A DNA stretch of 64,000 bases. It comes from Amoebophrya sp. A120. Its lineage: Eukaryota > Protista > Dinoflagellata. Within the stretch, counting starts at the first letter, position 1. Each line of letters starts with the position of its first letter. This document shows, in pieces, positions 38,801-50,310 of the stretch. The DNA is taken from the NCBI GenBank assembly GCA_905178155.1, contig CAJINV010000016.1:1834018-1898017 (forward strand), read 5' to 3'. Both the position numbers and the translations under genes were made by a program. The notes under the pieces were generated by a model. It did no database searches. It saw nothing but the letters and a program-made list of their open reading frames with translations, and was not told the DNA's origin.

Positions 38801-41800
38801 CCACAGCGGGCTCCTGCTGTTCAACGTGTATTTCGTCTTGTTCAATTTCCTCCGCAGTTACAACGAAGTTCTTTTTCCCCCCTCCACCGGCTCTCTCCTG
38901 TGTTCTGTCCCTGTTTTTTCTCTTCCGCGTTTTCGCTCCCTTTCGCGCGAGGTAATCCTCGTTGTAGGCATTTTTGCCTGCAGTTGTACTAGTTTCCTGA
39001 TCGGTAGAAGTCGTGCCGGCGCCTTTTCCTTTTCCTGCAACTACTGAAGAAACAGCAACAGACACTGAATCGGTGTAGTTGTAATCGTCGTCAATCACAA
39101 CATGTTTGTTGTTGTTCTCCCCGAGCTCCCCCTCCGCCTCCGCACGACCAGCAACATCCGTTACAGCTGCACATTCCTTTTCCAACTGGATCAGATTTCC
39201 GTCGCTGTTGCTGACGTAGACAAAGTTCAGATCGTACACATCGTTCGCGTATCAAGTGCAAAAGTGTCTGGGTCTGGAAGATTGCCAGGTTTGTCATGCA
39301 TATTTTGCATGCCCCATGATGCCTGTAATGCATGACCTAGCATCACAGATCTTTAAAGGGCCTTCTGATGCGTATTCCGCATGAGAAACGCCCACTCCGC
39401 GTAGCACAAACTGCGCTCCTATTGCTGGTCATGCAATACAGATTTTTTTACCTTCCAAAGACAGCATTACAAGTTGCAACCTTCCAGACCCAGACATTTT
39501 TTGCATTTGATATCGCGGAATTCCGGCACCGGGTGCAGGTTAAAGCATCTGATATCATATGTAAAAATGTCTGGGTCTGGTGGAAGAATGCGCGATTTGT
39601 CATGCAGCTTTTCCATGACCCATGAGGTCTGGAATGCAGGACCTAGCATGACAGATTCTCTGCGATCTCTCTCATGCCTATCCTGCATGAGAAACTCCCT
39701 CGCGACTTGGTCAAAACTGGACGACTTTTGGTAATCATGCAACACAGATTTTTGCATGCTTCAGATGTAGCATGACCAGTTGCATTCTTCCAGACCCAGA
39801 CATTTTTACATTTGATATCTGAGGGTTGATGCACAAACCTCATCGAGAAGAACTCGGAGAACGTCCGGCGCAGGTCAAGGTAAATCAAGTCCACCGGGAA
39901 GTCAACCATAGCCGGGTCGTGGTAGGCCGTGCCGTGGTTCATGGCAAAGGTGAGGAAGCGGTATTTGTTTTTTGTTTTTTTGGACAAAGATGTTGGACGA
40001 GATACTTCCACGAATGGCACCACGTCCGCGTCAGTTTTGGCGTAAAAGTCTTCCTCGCTGTCGAACTGTTTACTCGTCTCAATAGCTGCTTTGTAATTTT
40101 CCGCAAGGATGGCAGTGTACGGGCAGGGGAACATCAAGGGGTCGTTATCTGGATCGACGTCGTCGTGTGCGGAATCAACAAGGGCCGCACTCCTCGCAGC
40201 TCCATCGCCACTTGATGTTCCGGTCGTAGCCGTCGCGATTTCAATCTCTCTCCCGTCGAAAGTTGTGAAAGCAACGCTCGGAACAGAAGTACTACCGCGT
40301 AGTTCTTCGATAAAAGCCCCCCACCTATCATCCAGTCTATCCGGTCTGCCATTATCAAATGCAAAAATGTCTGGGTCTGGAAGGATCCGAACTTGTGATG
40401 CGCATTTTCGAACACAGAAAAATCTCTCATGCATAGGGAGCAAAAGCTGCCCAATTCTGTCACCAAAATGGGGGATTTCTCATGCGGGTTCGGCATTGCG
40501 GAAGCTTCTCGAAACCTGTGATGCTGGAGCTTCCATGCCAGACCTTCTGTGTCATGCAAAAACAGCATGAATCTTCCATACCCAGACATTTTACAGTTGA
40601 TAGCCATGCGATGAATGCAACTCCTCCACAGGCTCGTGAAAGCGCTGCAGCAGGGCAAAAACCGGCCAGTGAGACGCGAGCACGTCATAGGCTGCGTAGA
40701 AGGGGGATTGGTAGGTCAGTACGAGCCTTTCGGCTAGGTCAACAAAAGTCAGCCGGAGCTCGTGGAGGCTGGGAAATTTGCTTAATGTTGTTGCTGTTGT
40801 GTCGAGACCTCTTCGTGAAACCGGGAAAGCATCCAATTCAAACTCCGGATCCTGCAATCGCACGAGCCTCTCGCCCAAAGCCAGAACTGATTGCATCGGC
40901 GACTGGTTGTTTGGGCTTCCTTCTATTTCTCCGGATGGACCAAAATCTACGCTACTTCCCCCGAGCTCGTACTCAAGACGAGGCGGCTCGTGAACTTCCG
41001 TGCCTCCGGTTGTAGTACCGGTCAACACCGCATCTTCGCCCACAACAGCACTCGGGTCCCACGCTAGCCCCGCAAACGCCGCGGCGAAGCCGAAGAGGCA
41101 AAGATGTTTGTTGTCCTCTTTGTAATCTCCAAGCACTTGAGGAGCAAACTGCATGAGTATTTCCAGAGGCAAGTTCTTCAACGCCAGTCGTCTATCCAAC
41201 CGAAACTTCAGCTCGTGCGCGTATGCCTCCATCCGCCCGTCCGGGTCGACACACTCCGATTTTCGGTCTTCCTGGTACAAAATGGTTTCCTGCAGTTTCG
41301 CCAGCGTCCCGAAAAGCGGCCAGGGCTCGTGCACGAACCGCAAGTAGTTCGGCGCAAGCTGCGTCCGCTCCGCGGTTAAGCCGGAAAAGCGGTAGGCGGT
41401 TTCTTGCTGCGAAAGCTGGTCCTCGGTCAAATCTATCGCACTTGAGGCGTGGAGCGGGTCAGCGGCGTCGGTTTTGTCCTCGGGTGACACAGCAGGAGCT
41501 TCTGACAAGGCAGGAGTGCTTGATGATGTACCAGCAGTTTTGTCTGAAGACGTGACGAGCGGAAGTAGCGGCATCTTGTTCATCTGCTCTAAAGCAGCTT
41601 TCCTTTTCGTTCTACCTTTCCTCGCCTGCAGTTGAGCACCAGCTTGATGTTTGTCTTCCTCTCTTTTCTGCGCCGATTTCTTCAGTAATTCCCGCCAGCC
41701 CCACCCAGAGCTGCGAAACGTGTCCCATAGTAGGTAGAGAGAGGAAAACCGCTCATCCACCAGTAAGAAGATCCGGTTAAACGTGATCATCGCCAAATAC

Positions 41801-42189
41801 CCGATCGGGCAAGAGGACTGCATCTCCTTACTGGGCTGTAAGAATTTGGACAGACTGTCTCCCGCGATAAAGCCGCAGTACCCCCAGGCCTCATCCAGCC
41901 CTTTGCACGACTTCCCCGCGTGGAAGGGGTGCGAGATCCAGCTGTAGGTGGTCAAATCGTGCTTGTAGTCCTCCCAAATCAGGTCGTCCGTGTCGCTGTT
42001 CAGGTGCCGTCCGACCCCGCACTGGGCAACTTCCGGCGGCGGGGGATTGTCGTGGTCGAACGCAGAGACGAAAACCAAAGCAACGTAAGCAAAAACGAAC
42101 CCGCAGAGGCAGCCGAGAGGCGGCCTGCGACGAGAATGGACAGCGGGTTCTTTAGAAGGGGGAAACATCTTTTTGAAGAAGATTTTCAT
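35848..42189 (-). CDS. Tubulin-tyrosine-ligase-like (TTL/ATP-grasp) protein, ~1511 aa, with N-terminal hydrophobic anchor; six introners plus one GT-AG intron (37072-37235)
   Basis: Motifs FYPPCFFLP, YIWKPGALFGGQGI, VVQLYISNP, KTDIRI, DMIVDSNGRAWVMEVH. Eight exons total 4536 nt in frame. Confidence 0.8.
37399..37657. mobile_element. Introner family A
   Basis: TIRs; flanks ACGCC/GCGCC. Confidence 0.9.
37717..38026. mobile_element. Introner family D, 310 bp
   Basis: TIRs of ~50 bp; flanks AGCAC/AGCAC. Confidence 0.9.
38255..38519. mobile_element. Introner family A
   Basis: TIRs; flanks GTCGT/GTCGT. Confidence 0.9.
39250..39512. mobile_element. Introner family A
   Basis: TIRs; flanks TCGCG/TCGCG. 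Confidence 0.9.
39553..39817. mobile_element. Introner family A
   Basis: TIRs; flanks TCTGA/TCTGA. Confidence 0.9.
40353..40602. mobile_element. Introner family A
   Basis: TIRs; flanks GCCAT/GCCAT. Confidence 0.9.
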
Positions 42190-43018
42190 GGTCAAAAATG
42201 CACTTGTTACTCTTGTTGTGTTGAGGTGAAACGGTGCAAATGCGTACTTATTCAAAACCGAAAAAATTATGCGCAACAAAACAGCTTCTGCAAACACAAA
42301 ACCCAAACAGCAAGAGCGCGCGTGTGGGAGAAGTGAGTGCGATAAAAAAAATTTCACAACAGGATTGGCTTTTGCAGCCCATCACATCTTCTAAAATGAA
42401 TCGAGAAAAACAAATTGAAACTATCCGAATAAACTCAGGATGTCGGACCCCCGATCTATTAGCGCCTTTTTGCGCGGACTTCCAGTACTCTGCGTAGATG
42501 AAGATCATGACTGTGCGTGCTGGTCATAGTGGCACATGACCGACAAATTGTCTGAAACCTTGACAGATGTTGCTCGTCTGTGTCATCTACCAAGAAAGAC
42601 AAAAAAAAACCATCGATCCATGCCATTGCCATTCGATCATCAAGAACATCAAAACTAATCGATGACTGCCACAGTTGCAGTGGTTAACGGTCAACAGGAG
42701 GTGAATACTCGTCATGAAAGCAGCACTTATGTACCGGAAAGTCGAATGACAACAGCTCGTATCAACCGCGGCGGCAAGACCTTTGCCGTATTACTGTTGC
42801 TAGGATGTTGCTTCATCATTCCGACCCGTTCATGTTCACTCGATGATCGATGTTGAGTTTTTTACTCGACAGAAGAACTTACACTTGCTTTACGAAATCT
42901 GCTTTTACGCAGAATTTTCAATATTTTTACGGAAGCACAAGCACGCGAAGGACGTCGTGAATAAAGAACGAACTCGAAACGACAAAATCGTATCCCTGCG
43001 ACGTTCGTCATCCCCTTC

Positions 43019-46000
43019 TCAAAAATCATACCCCTGATAGCCTCCGCGAAGGTTGTCGTTTAAAGCACGAATATTTTCCTCCACCACCTCCTCCACCTGC
43101 TCCCTTGGATTCCGAAACCAATTTTGGAACCACCCGGCGTTTTGATTCTGATTTTGGTGTCCGGCGTCTTGCTCTTGATTATCTTCTCCATCTCCGCGAT
43201 CCCGCGCAAACAATCGTTGGAAAAACGGCTGATTGCCACCTCCTCTAACCGGTGGTCCCTCGTAGACCGCCTTCTTCCCTTTGACGCCCTCCGGCCGGTT
43301 CACGCAAAAATCTTCGTACGGCCCCTTCTGGTAGTGCGCGTAGTGGTTGTCCTTATCCACTTTTTCGCCGCAAACGTAGCAGAAAAAAGTTTTGTTCCGG
43401 CACAGGGGGGAGGGGCACTGCATGAAATTGCACCCGGACTCCCGTTCCACGGGGATTGAGCACACCGGACAGCGGCACCAGTTCTCCTCTTCCAACAGCG
43501 TTTCTAACTTCTGATCCCCTTGGCTCGTCTCGAGAAGGTACTGTTTGTAGTCCTCACACTTCGCGAACTTCGGGTGCGGCTTTTCCCCGCACTTGGGGCA
43601 GAATTTGTGACTGCACTCCGGGCAGGTCACAGAGATCAAATTCTGGTTCACAATGGTCTGCGTCTCGCATTTCGGGCAGAGCACGATTTTCCCCGTTTTC
43701 GGCTGGAAAATTTTCAGGCGGAACTGCAGAAATTTCTCCCACAGCTCCTCCAGTCTTTCTCCTTCCGCGATGGTTTTCCGCTGCTGCTTCTTCAACCGCA
43801 GCTCCGTCTCGATCAAGTGCACTGGAATCGTCGTGGCTGCATGAAGATTATTACTCGGGTCTTTCTTTTGCTTCTCCCTGCACTCTGGCATCGGGCACGT
43901 CAATTCGTCGTCTGCGACCTGACCGTCCGTTATCTTCGACGTGAGAAAATTCAAAAAATCTTCGCTGCAGAATCTGTGTTTGCAGTCGAGCGTGATCATC
44001 TCGGTCTCGGGAAAATCTTCAAAACACAGCGGGCACGTGTAGAGCGGAGGGGAGAAGAGGTGTTGCTGTGCTGCTGCAGGAAGAGCTACTACTGGGTCGG
44101 CATCTCGGCAGACAACAGCGCGTGAACGTGGTCCAGCTTCAGTACTATTTTGATTTTCTACACCACCCGCATCCAAGCCCACCTTCGCCGGCTGTTCTTG
44201 CGCTTGTTGCCCCGTAGTTTTGATTTCATTTGGCTGCGGTGAATTATACACCCCTGTACGACCGCCTCTAGGTGGCGCCGGAGAATTTGCGCCAGCAGCT
44301 CCCCAGGTAACACGCTTGATAGTACTCCCTGCTGGTTGTACTTCTGCTTCTTCTATGTAGCCGCGATCGTCGGTGGTTTTCGTTGCAATTATCTTCTCCT
44401 TCTTCGGTGGTATTCGCTCCTCCCGAATGGCCACCACCGCTGCTGGTTCGTTTTCGTTTGCATGAAACGCATATCAACTGCAAAAGTGTCTGGGTCTGGA
44501 AGAGTGCCAGACGTGTCATGCAGGTTTTCCATGACCCATGAGGTCTGGTATGTAGGACATAGCATGACAGATTCTGTGAGAGTTCTATAATGCCTTTCCT
44601 GCATGAGAAACTGCCTCTCGATTAATTCAAATGTGGACAGCTTTTGGTAATCACGCAACACTGATTTTTACATGATTCAGATTTAGCATGACAAGTTGCT
44701 TTGTCCCAGACCCAGACATTTTGGCATTTGATAACGCATCCGTAATAGCGTTCAACTGGTTCCGGAACAGCACTTGCTCCGGCGAAGTTGAGCCTATAAT
44801 CGCTTTCTCCTTTTCTACTTCCACCTTATGCATTGCAAAAGCATCGCACTAATATAAACCAGCCATGCTCCGGCTGCCGCCGGAGCGCAAGGCTGTTGGG
44901 CCGGGGCAAGGCTGTTTGCCGCTCGGACCACAACCCCACGGGCCTAGTAGGCACAACGAAACATACTGGATTCCTGCCGCCGATTTGCGCCGAGCCAAGC
45001 CGCAGGACCACTTGCGCGCTTCCCGCGCCTGTGGGCGCTCTGCGCAGGGAGCAGCTGCAAAGAACACCGGGGGCGAACAGAAGCCGCATGGCGGGAGAGG
45101 GTGGCGCGAGAGGGTGGCGCGGGAGGGTGCGCGAGAGGGTGCGCGAGAGGGTGGCGGGGAAAGGCGCCGAACAAAACAAGTCCGCGAATGGCCTGCAATG
45201 CCAAATATGGGCACTACCATGCGGATTCGCGCCCGCTTCTTTGTGCTTTTACCCTCTCGCAGACCTCTCGCAGACCCTCTTTTTGACCTCTTTTGGGGGT
45301 CCCCGCTAATAGTCCGGCTATACTCGCGGGTAGAGGTCGACAGAGGTGGCCGAGAGGTGGCCAAGAGGGTCCGCGAGAGGTCGCCCCTTATTCGCAACAC
45401 CTCTCTCCACCTCTGTCGACCTCTCGCGCCCCCTCTTTTTGACCTCTCTGCACCCTCTGTGCCACTTAGGCGGCGCCTAAGGGTGGGCGCTTACTGCGGG
45501 CCTTATTCGCGCACCCTCTCGCGGACCCTCTCGAACGGGGTCCCGCGCCACCTCTCCACCTCTGTCGACCTCTTTTCTACCTCTGTCGACCTCTTTTTTA
45601 CAAAAAGACAACAAAAAAGGAACCAAAAAAAAACAAATTTTTAACATGAATATAATGTATAGTAATTGCATCACAAATTTTATCAGAAAGAAAAATGGAA
45701 CTTGTAATGCTAATTCAGGTAAAGAGATAGGTTTGTCATGCAAGATCGCGATTATTACGAGTACGATACTTTTGCACAGGATATACCTCTTGGTCCAGCA
45801 ATTCCGTCCGGAAAGCCCTCTGCGCTCTAGACGACCTGGGACCACCACCACCGCTAGAAGTTGTACTATTTCGCCTTTCCCGTCCCGAGACGCTGTTCCT
45901 CGCTGTAATTTTGGCTTCGCGCTTCCTGGCCTGGCTGGCTTTGTCCAAGATGGTCTGGACGAAATGCGGGTCGGTTTGCTTTTCGTCCTCTTCGGCCTTG

Positions 46001-46024
46001 TGGTCTCGTCCTGGGGACGTTGTG

Positions 46025-46057
<33 letters not shown>

Positions 46058-48905
46058 TGCCCAGTCGGTACCTTCGCCCCGTACCTCGCTTGCGCCAGCC
46101 GCTTCTGGTTCGCCGCCTCTTTCCGCTCCTGCAAATAGTTCGCTGCCCGTTGCGGGTCCAGAATGGTGTTTTCCGGCAGGAGTTTTTCATTCTTTTTTGC
46201 ATCGAAGGTTTCAACCTTTTCTCCCTCACTGTGCAGCTTTTCCCACCGCGCACGCTGCGTCGCCAGGTCCTCGGGGGTCTTGTTGTCCTTTTTGTGCGGC
46301 GGCGGTGCAGGAGTAGGACCAGGAAATCCACGATCTCCTTCTGCTAGAAGATCAAGCTGTGATCCTAGCACTTGCGGTGCGCCGACAATTTGGTCAGCGA
46401 GGATTTCTGCCTCGGCAGTGGTTTTTCCCGCATCCCAAGCCGTCTTCGCTTCTGCTGCTTCTCGCAAAAGAAATCGCTGCTGCTCCTCCTCCTCCTGTTG
46501 TTGTGCGGCCAAGGCGAAATCTGCGTCTTCCTCCTCCTGCAAAGCCCGCGCCAAAGCCAAATCTTCGGCCGTGGCGGTTGGCTTTTTCATTTTGTTCTCT
46601 TCTCCAGGCGCTGCAGGAGCAGCAGCTCTGGGCGGCGAAAGAGGAGGCGGCGGCCTGGAAGAGGAAGAGGAGCCACCGTGTTGGTTTCGCGGATAGGGAG
46701 CAAATAACGCATTGTCACCTTGTGTCTTTCGAAGATTCGTCGCTGCATGATATTTCATCGTATTGTTGTTCGTATAATCAGGAGTTGTTTTTACTCCAAC
46801 AGCAGTAGGCGCTGACATGCCGGCAGAAGTGCTGCTGCTGCTGCTGCTGCTGCTGCCCTTGTTGCTGCCTTTTTGAAGTTCTTGTACATCGCTGGCGTTT
46901 ATTTTTTGCTCCGGTTGGTGTTCCAAACCAGGAGCAACAAGGACGTTTTTGCCTTGTTTCCGTGCCTCCTGCTGCTGCGATGATAGATCGGGCGAGAGGG
47001 AAAACGTCGACCACGGACTGCTTTTCGCGGCAAGAGGACCTCCGAAAATGGAGGGCGGCGCGTGGTCTGGGCTGGTGTAGTTTTTGCTGCTCATAATCGA
47101 TGTCCCCCCTCCTCCACCTATCGCGAGCTCTTTTCCCGTCGGCGGTCTGTGAAATGGGTTCGTCGGGGACCCGGGGGCGAGAGAAATGGGTCCGAAAATG
47201 CTGGTGACATATTTTTCTTTTTTCACGACCTCCGGAAGAGGAACCACCGGCTTATCATTTTTCTTGGAAAGGAGAATTTCCTCTTGCTGCTGCTGCTGAT
47301 GATGTTCTTCTTTCTGTGCGTCCACCGCTGTTAGTTTATTTTTCTCTACTACAACTTCCGGCTGCAACACAGGAGCTCCTGCTGCCACTCGCGCAGCAGC
47401 AGATTGCTCAGCTCGCTGCTCGTCTAAACGCAGCGCAGCGTTTTGCACCTCCGGCGGCACGGGTGCTGAGTTATCGCGGGTAAGAACGTTGACCCGACTG
47501 TGGTCTACCTTCTGCGGGGGGAGTGCCTGCGCGAGACTATCGCGAAGCTGCTGCAGCAGGGACGACCGCTCTTGTTGCGATTGTGTCTCTTCTTGCAGCT
47601 TCTCGTGGTCTTTCTCGTCGGTCGTGTCCCACCAGTCCTGATCCGACCCGCGGTTCTTAGTCTTATTCCCCTCCTGGGACGACGTCGATGTTGAAGCAAA
47701 CCCGAACGGGTTGCTGGTCTTATCTTTTACCGCCAAACTCGCTTTCGCTTCGTTCCGCCGCCGGAAGTCATCCAGTAACCGCCTGTCGCGTGCTTCGGCT
47801 TCTGCCGCTCTCGACGAGTAAATTGGTAGGGCGCGGTATCGTAAGGAAAAATCCCCCCTCCCCATATCGAAAAGGAAATTTGTGATGCTGGATTTGCGTA
47901 CACAGATTCTCGCTGTCTTGCAGTAAGGCATCGCAGCCAGATCCTCAGCCTAGGTAGGGGCGTTTGGGTCTAGTTGTTTCGCATTACAAACGGCTGCCCC
48001 CTAGGCCCAACAGCATGCCAAATCGCTTCCATAATGGCCCGGAAGCCCCTGCACTTGTCTTCTTGCAAGACAGACGTGATTTGTGGTCTCAAATCAGCAA
48101 CACAAATTTTCGGAGTCATACTGTTTCGATATGGGGAGGGGGGATTTTTCCTTTTGATACGCGGCCGCCAGCGGTGGCGCAGCTGGAGAAGTCCGTAGAG
48201 AGAGAATAGTCTTCGGATAAATCATTATCTTGATTTACATCGTCTTCAGATAAAAAACCTTGTTGCTGATCCTTCTTTTTTAGCCGCCACCTCTCCACTT
48301 CCCAACCCGGCTTCACATCCAGTGTGTACGTCGGTATCCAAGAAAAAAACATTGTAGGTGTAACTTTTCTGGTGGAAGAACAGCATTACAAGTTTGCCTG
48401 GCATGACAGCAAAAACCTGTCATGCGCAGATAGCACGTGAAAGCGCCCTTTAATGGACCCTAAGACGCATGCCAAGCATGACAGACGCAATCATCTTGCA
48501 TGTTGCGCATCACAAATTTACACTATCAACGTTTTTTTCTTGGATAGTCGGTACACCGATTTCGCTCCGAGCGGGAGGAGCTATGACACTTGTCACTGTC
48601 GCTGGAATCCAAGTTTTGCTGGAGCCGGAGAAGTACAATACTTCCTCGTCTTCTTGATAAAACTGTAGTCCGCCGTGTTGTCTCGACGTCCCACTTCTCC
48701 TCGTCGTCCCAGCACGCTGGTCAACTTTCACATGCGCCAGCACAGGCGCCGCGCGATTCGCCAGCTGTACCGCAAGCCGCTCCGCATCGGCGGCGTTTCC
48801 GGTGCGCAGTGCTTCGTTCAACAGGCCTATTGTGCGGTCCCATTCGTTCAACAAGGCCGCGATTTTGCGCTTTTCTCCGTCGGCTTGTGGAGGTGCGTTC
48901 TTCAT
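43019..48905 (-). CDS. RBR (RING1-IBR-RING2) E3 ubiquitin ligase, ~1370 aa, with UIM-like segment; four introners
   Basis: RING1 CPLCFE..CKHRFC..CPMPEC, IBR CPKC..CPECSHKFCPKC..H..C, RING2 CPVC..ERESGCNFMQC..C..FCYVC. Five exons total 4113 nt in frame. Confidence 0.88.
44472..44733. mobile_element. Introner family A
   Basis: TIRs; flanks ACGCA/ACGCA. Confidence 0.9.
44827..45783. mobile_element. Expanded family G introner (957 bp) with GC-rich repeat cargo
   Basis: TIRs TATGCATTGCAAAAGCATCGCACT / AGTACGATACTTTTGCACAGGATA; flanks CACCT/TACCT; frame restored. Confidence 0.8.
47837..48159. mobile_element. Introner family C (TIR TATC..AAGGAAAAATCCCCCCTCCCCATATCGAAA), 323 bp
   Basis: TIRs; flanks CGCGG/CGCGG. 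Confidence 0.9.
48335..48546. mobile_element. Introner family B
   Basis: TIRs; flanks GTCGG/GTCGG. Confidence 0.9.
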
Positions 48906-50159
48906 CTTTTGAAAACATCAAAGACTTAATATTGCCACGCGTGATCAATATGATGTATCACTTCTCGATTGTAATTACATCACTTGGGCTTCAAAGCCGA
49001 GCCAATTTTCGCATTCTTATCTCTCGCTGCAGCTCATCTGCGCGGCGGTTGGATCAGGAATCTTTGACGGTGACTGCTCCTCTCTGAAATTACCACCTCT
49101 CAACATTTCTGATTTACTTATGTGCCCGAAAAGAAAACAGGTCATCCACGTATCGATCTCACTTCTTGCAGCCTCCCAGAAAACAGTGCAGAAGCGAAAG
49201 ACCTCCGTGAAGATGGCAAGAAAAGGACACGCACAGCAGAACGCGGTGACGAACCAGCGAGGTGGACCTTGTTCTTACACCTCACCCTTCAATGCGCCGG
49301 CCGAGTTTCATCTAGTTTGGCGTTCCGTTTGCTTCAATCTTGGTCGTGCAGTGCGAATTCAGGTGTTTTTTCTTGAGGACAAACGGCTGTCTTCAATATG
49401 CTTCAAGTACAGAGACCTGTGGTCGTTCTCCGACCTGTCTAAAAATATCCCCGGCCTTTATCTTCTTTCCGTGTTTTCATGCGATTGGTTCCAACACGGC
49501 ACAAGCGTGCAGCATCGCATATCTTCGCATTAAAAAGAAACAACAGAACTGGTGGACACCAACACCGATGATGAGTGTATGTATATGATATCTACAACAA
49601 GGGCTTGCGCTATTCTTTGCATGATGAAGATACGTTCTCTTTATAAATTCCACAAACAATGAAGGCTATGTTGCTACTAGTACGAATGCAATATGTAGAA
49701 ATTGCGGTGCGTGACCGAATATTATCAATGAATGTCAATCTCCAAATCCATCTCATAATATCACGTAGTATGTTTATCAACATCAAAACATTCTTGTATG
49801 TTCTTCCAAATCCCCATCATGTGCAAGAAAGCCAACATCGTGTTGCTTATGTGTAATGCTCTTTCTCCCCGCACCAAAATAAAAGGAGAGCACAGATGAC
49901 AATTAAAATTTTTCAGACTTCTTCACTGCAGGTGCAGAACAAGTCAAATAAGGGGTATTTCTCTTGTAGATAGCCCACTTTGGTGGAGGTTCTGAACAAA
50001 CGGCTGCTCAAAAGGACAGGGGAAAACTACAAAGCAGAACTACACTATCAGTAAACCGCTGCATCAGCGCTCTCGGAAAAATTATCTAAATTTCTAATAA
50101 CGCGTTCGATTTCCTTGTAGAAGAACGCACATGCGTCAACGGTCTTTGCATGCATTTTT

Positions 50160-50310
50160 GACATCCTCAGTCTTCCTCGTCCGACGACGGGTCGTATTCC
50201 GACCCATGCATAATTTTTGACATCCTCAGTCTTCCTCGTCCGACGACGGGTCGTTTCGAGCGTCGTCCGACGACGGGTCGTCCCCCGATGACGGGTCGTA
50301 TTCCGACCCA
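50160..50310. repeat. Local ~59-bp duplication of the stop-codon region plus GACGACGGGTCGT repeats
   Basis: GACATCCTCAGTCTTCCTCGTCCGACGACGGGTCGT occurs at 50160 and 50219. Confidence 0.7.

Noticed and set aside
44833-46347. Plus-strand ORFs of 158-259 aa
   Set aside because: They arise from GC-rich repeats or are antisense shadows of the RBR gene; the poly-Cys run is the reverse of a (GCA)n tract.
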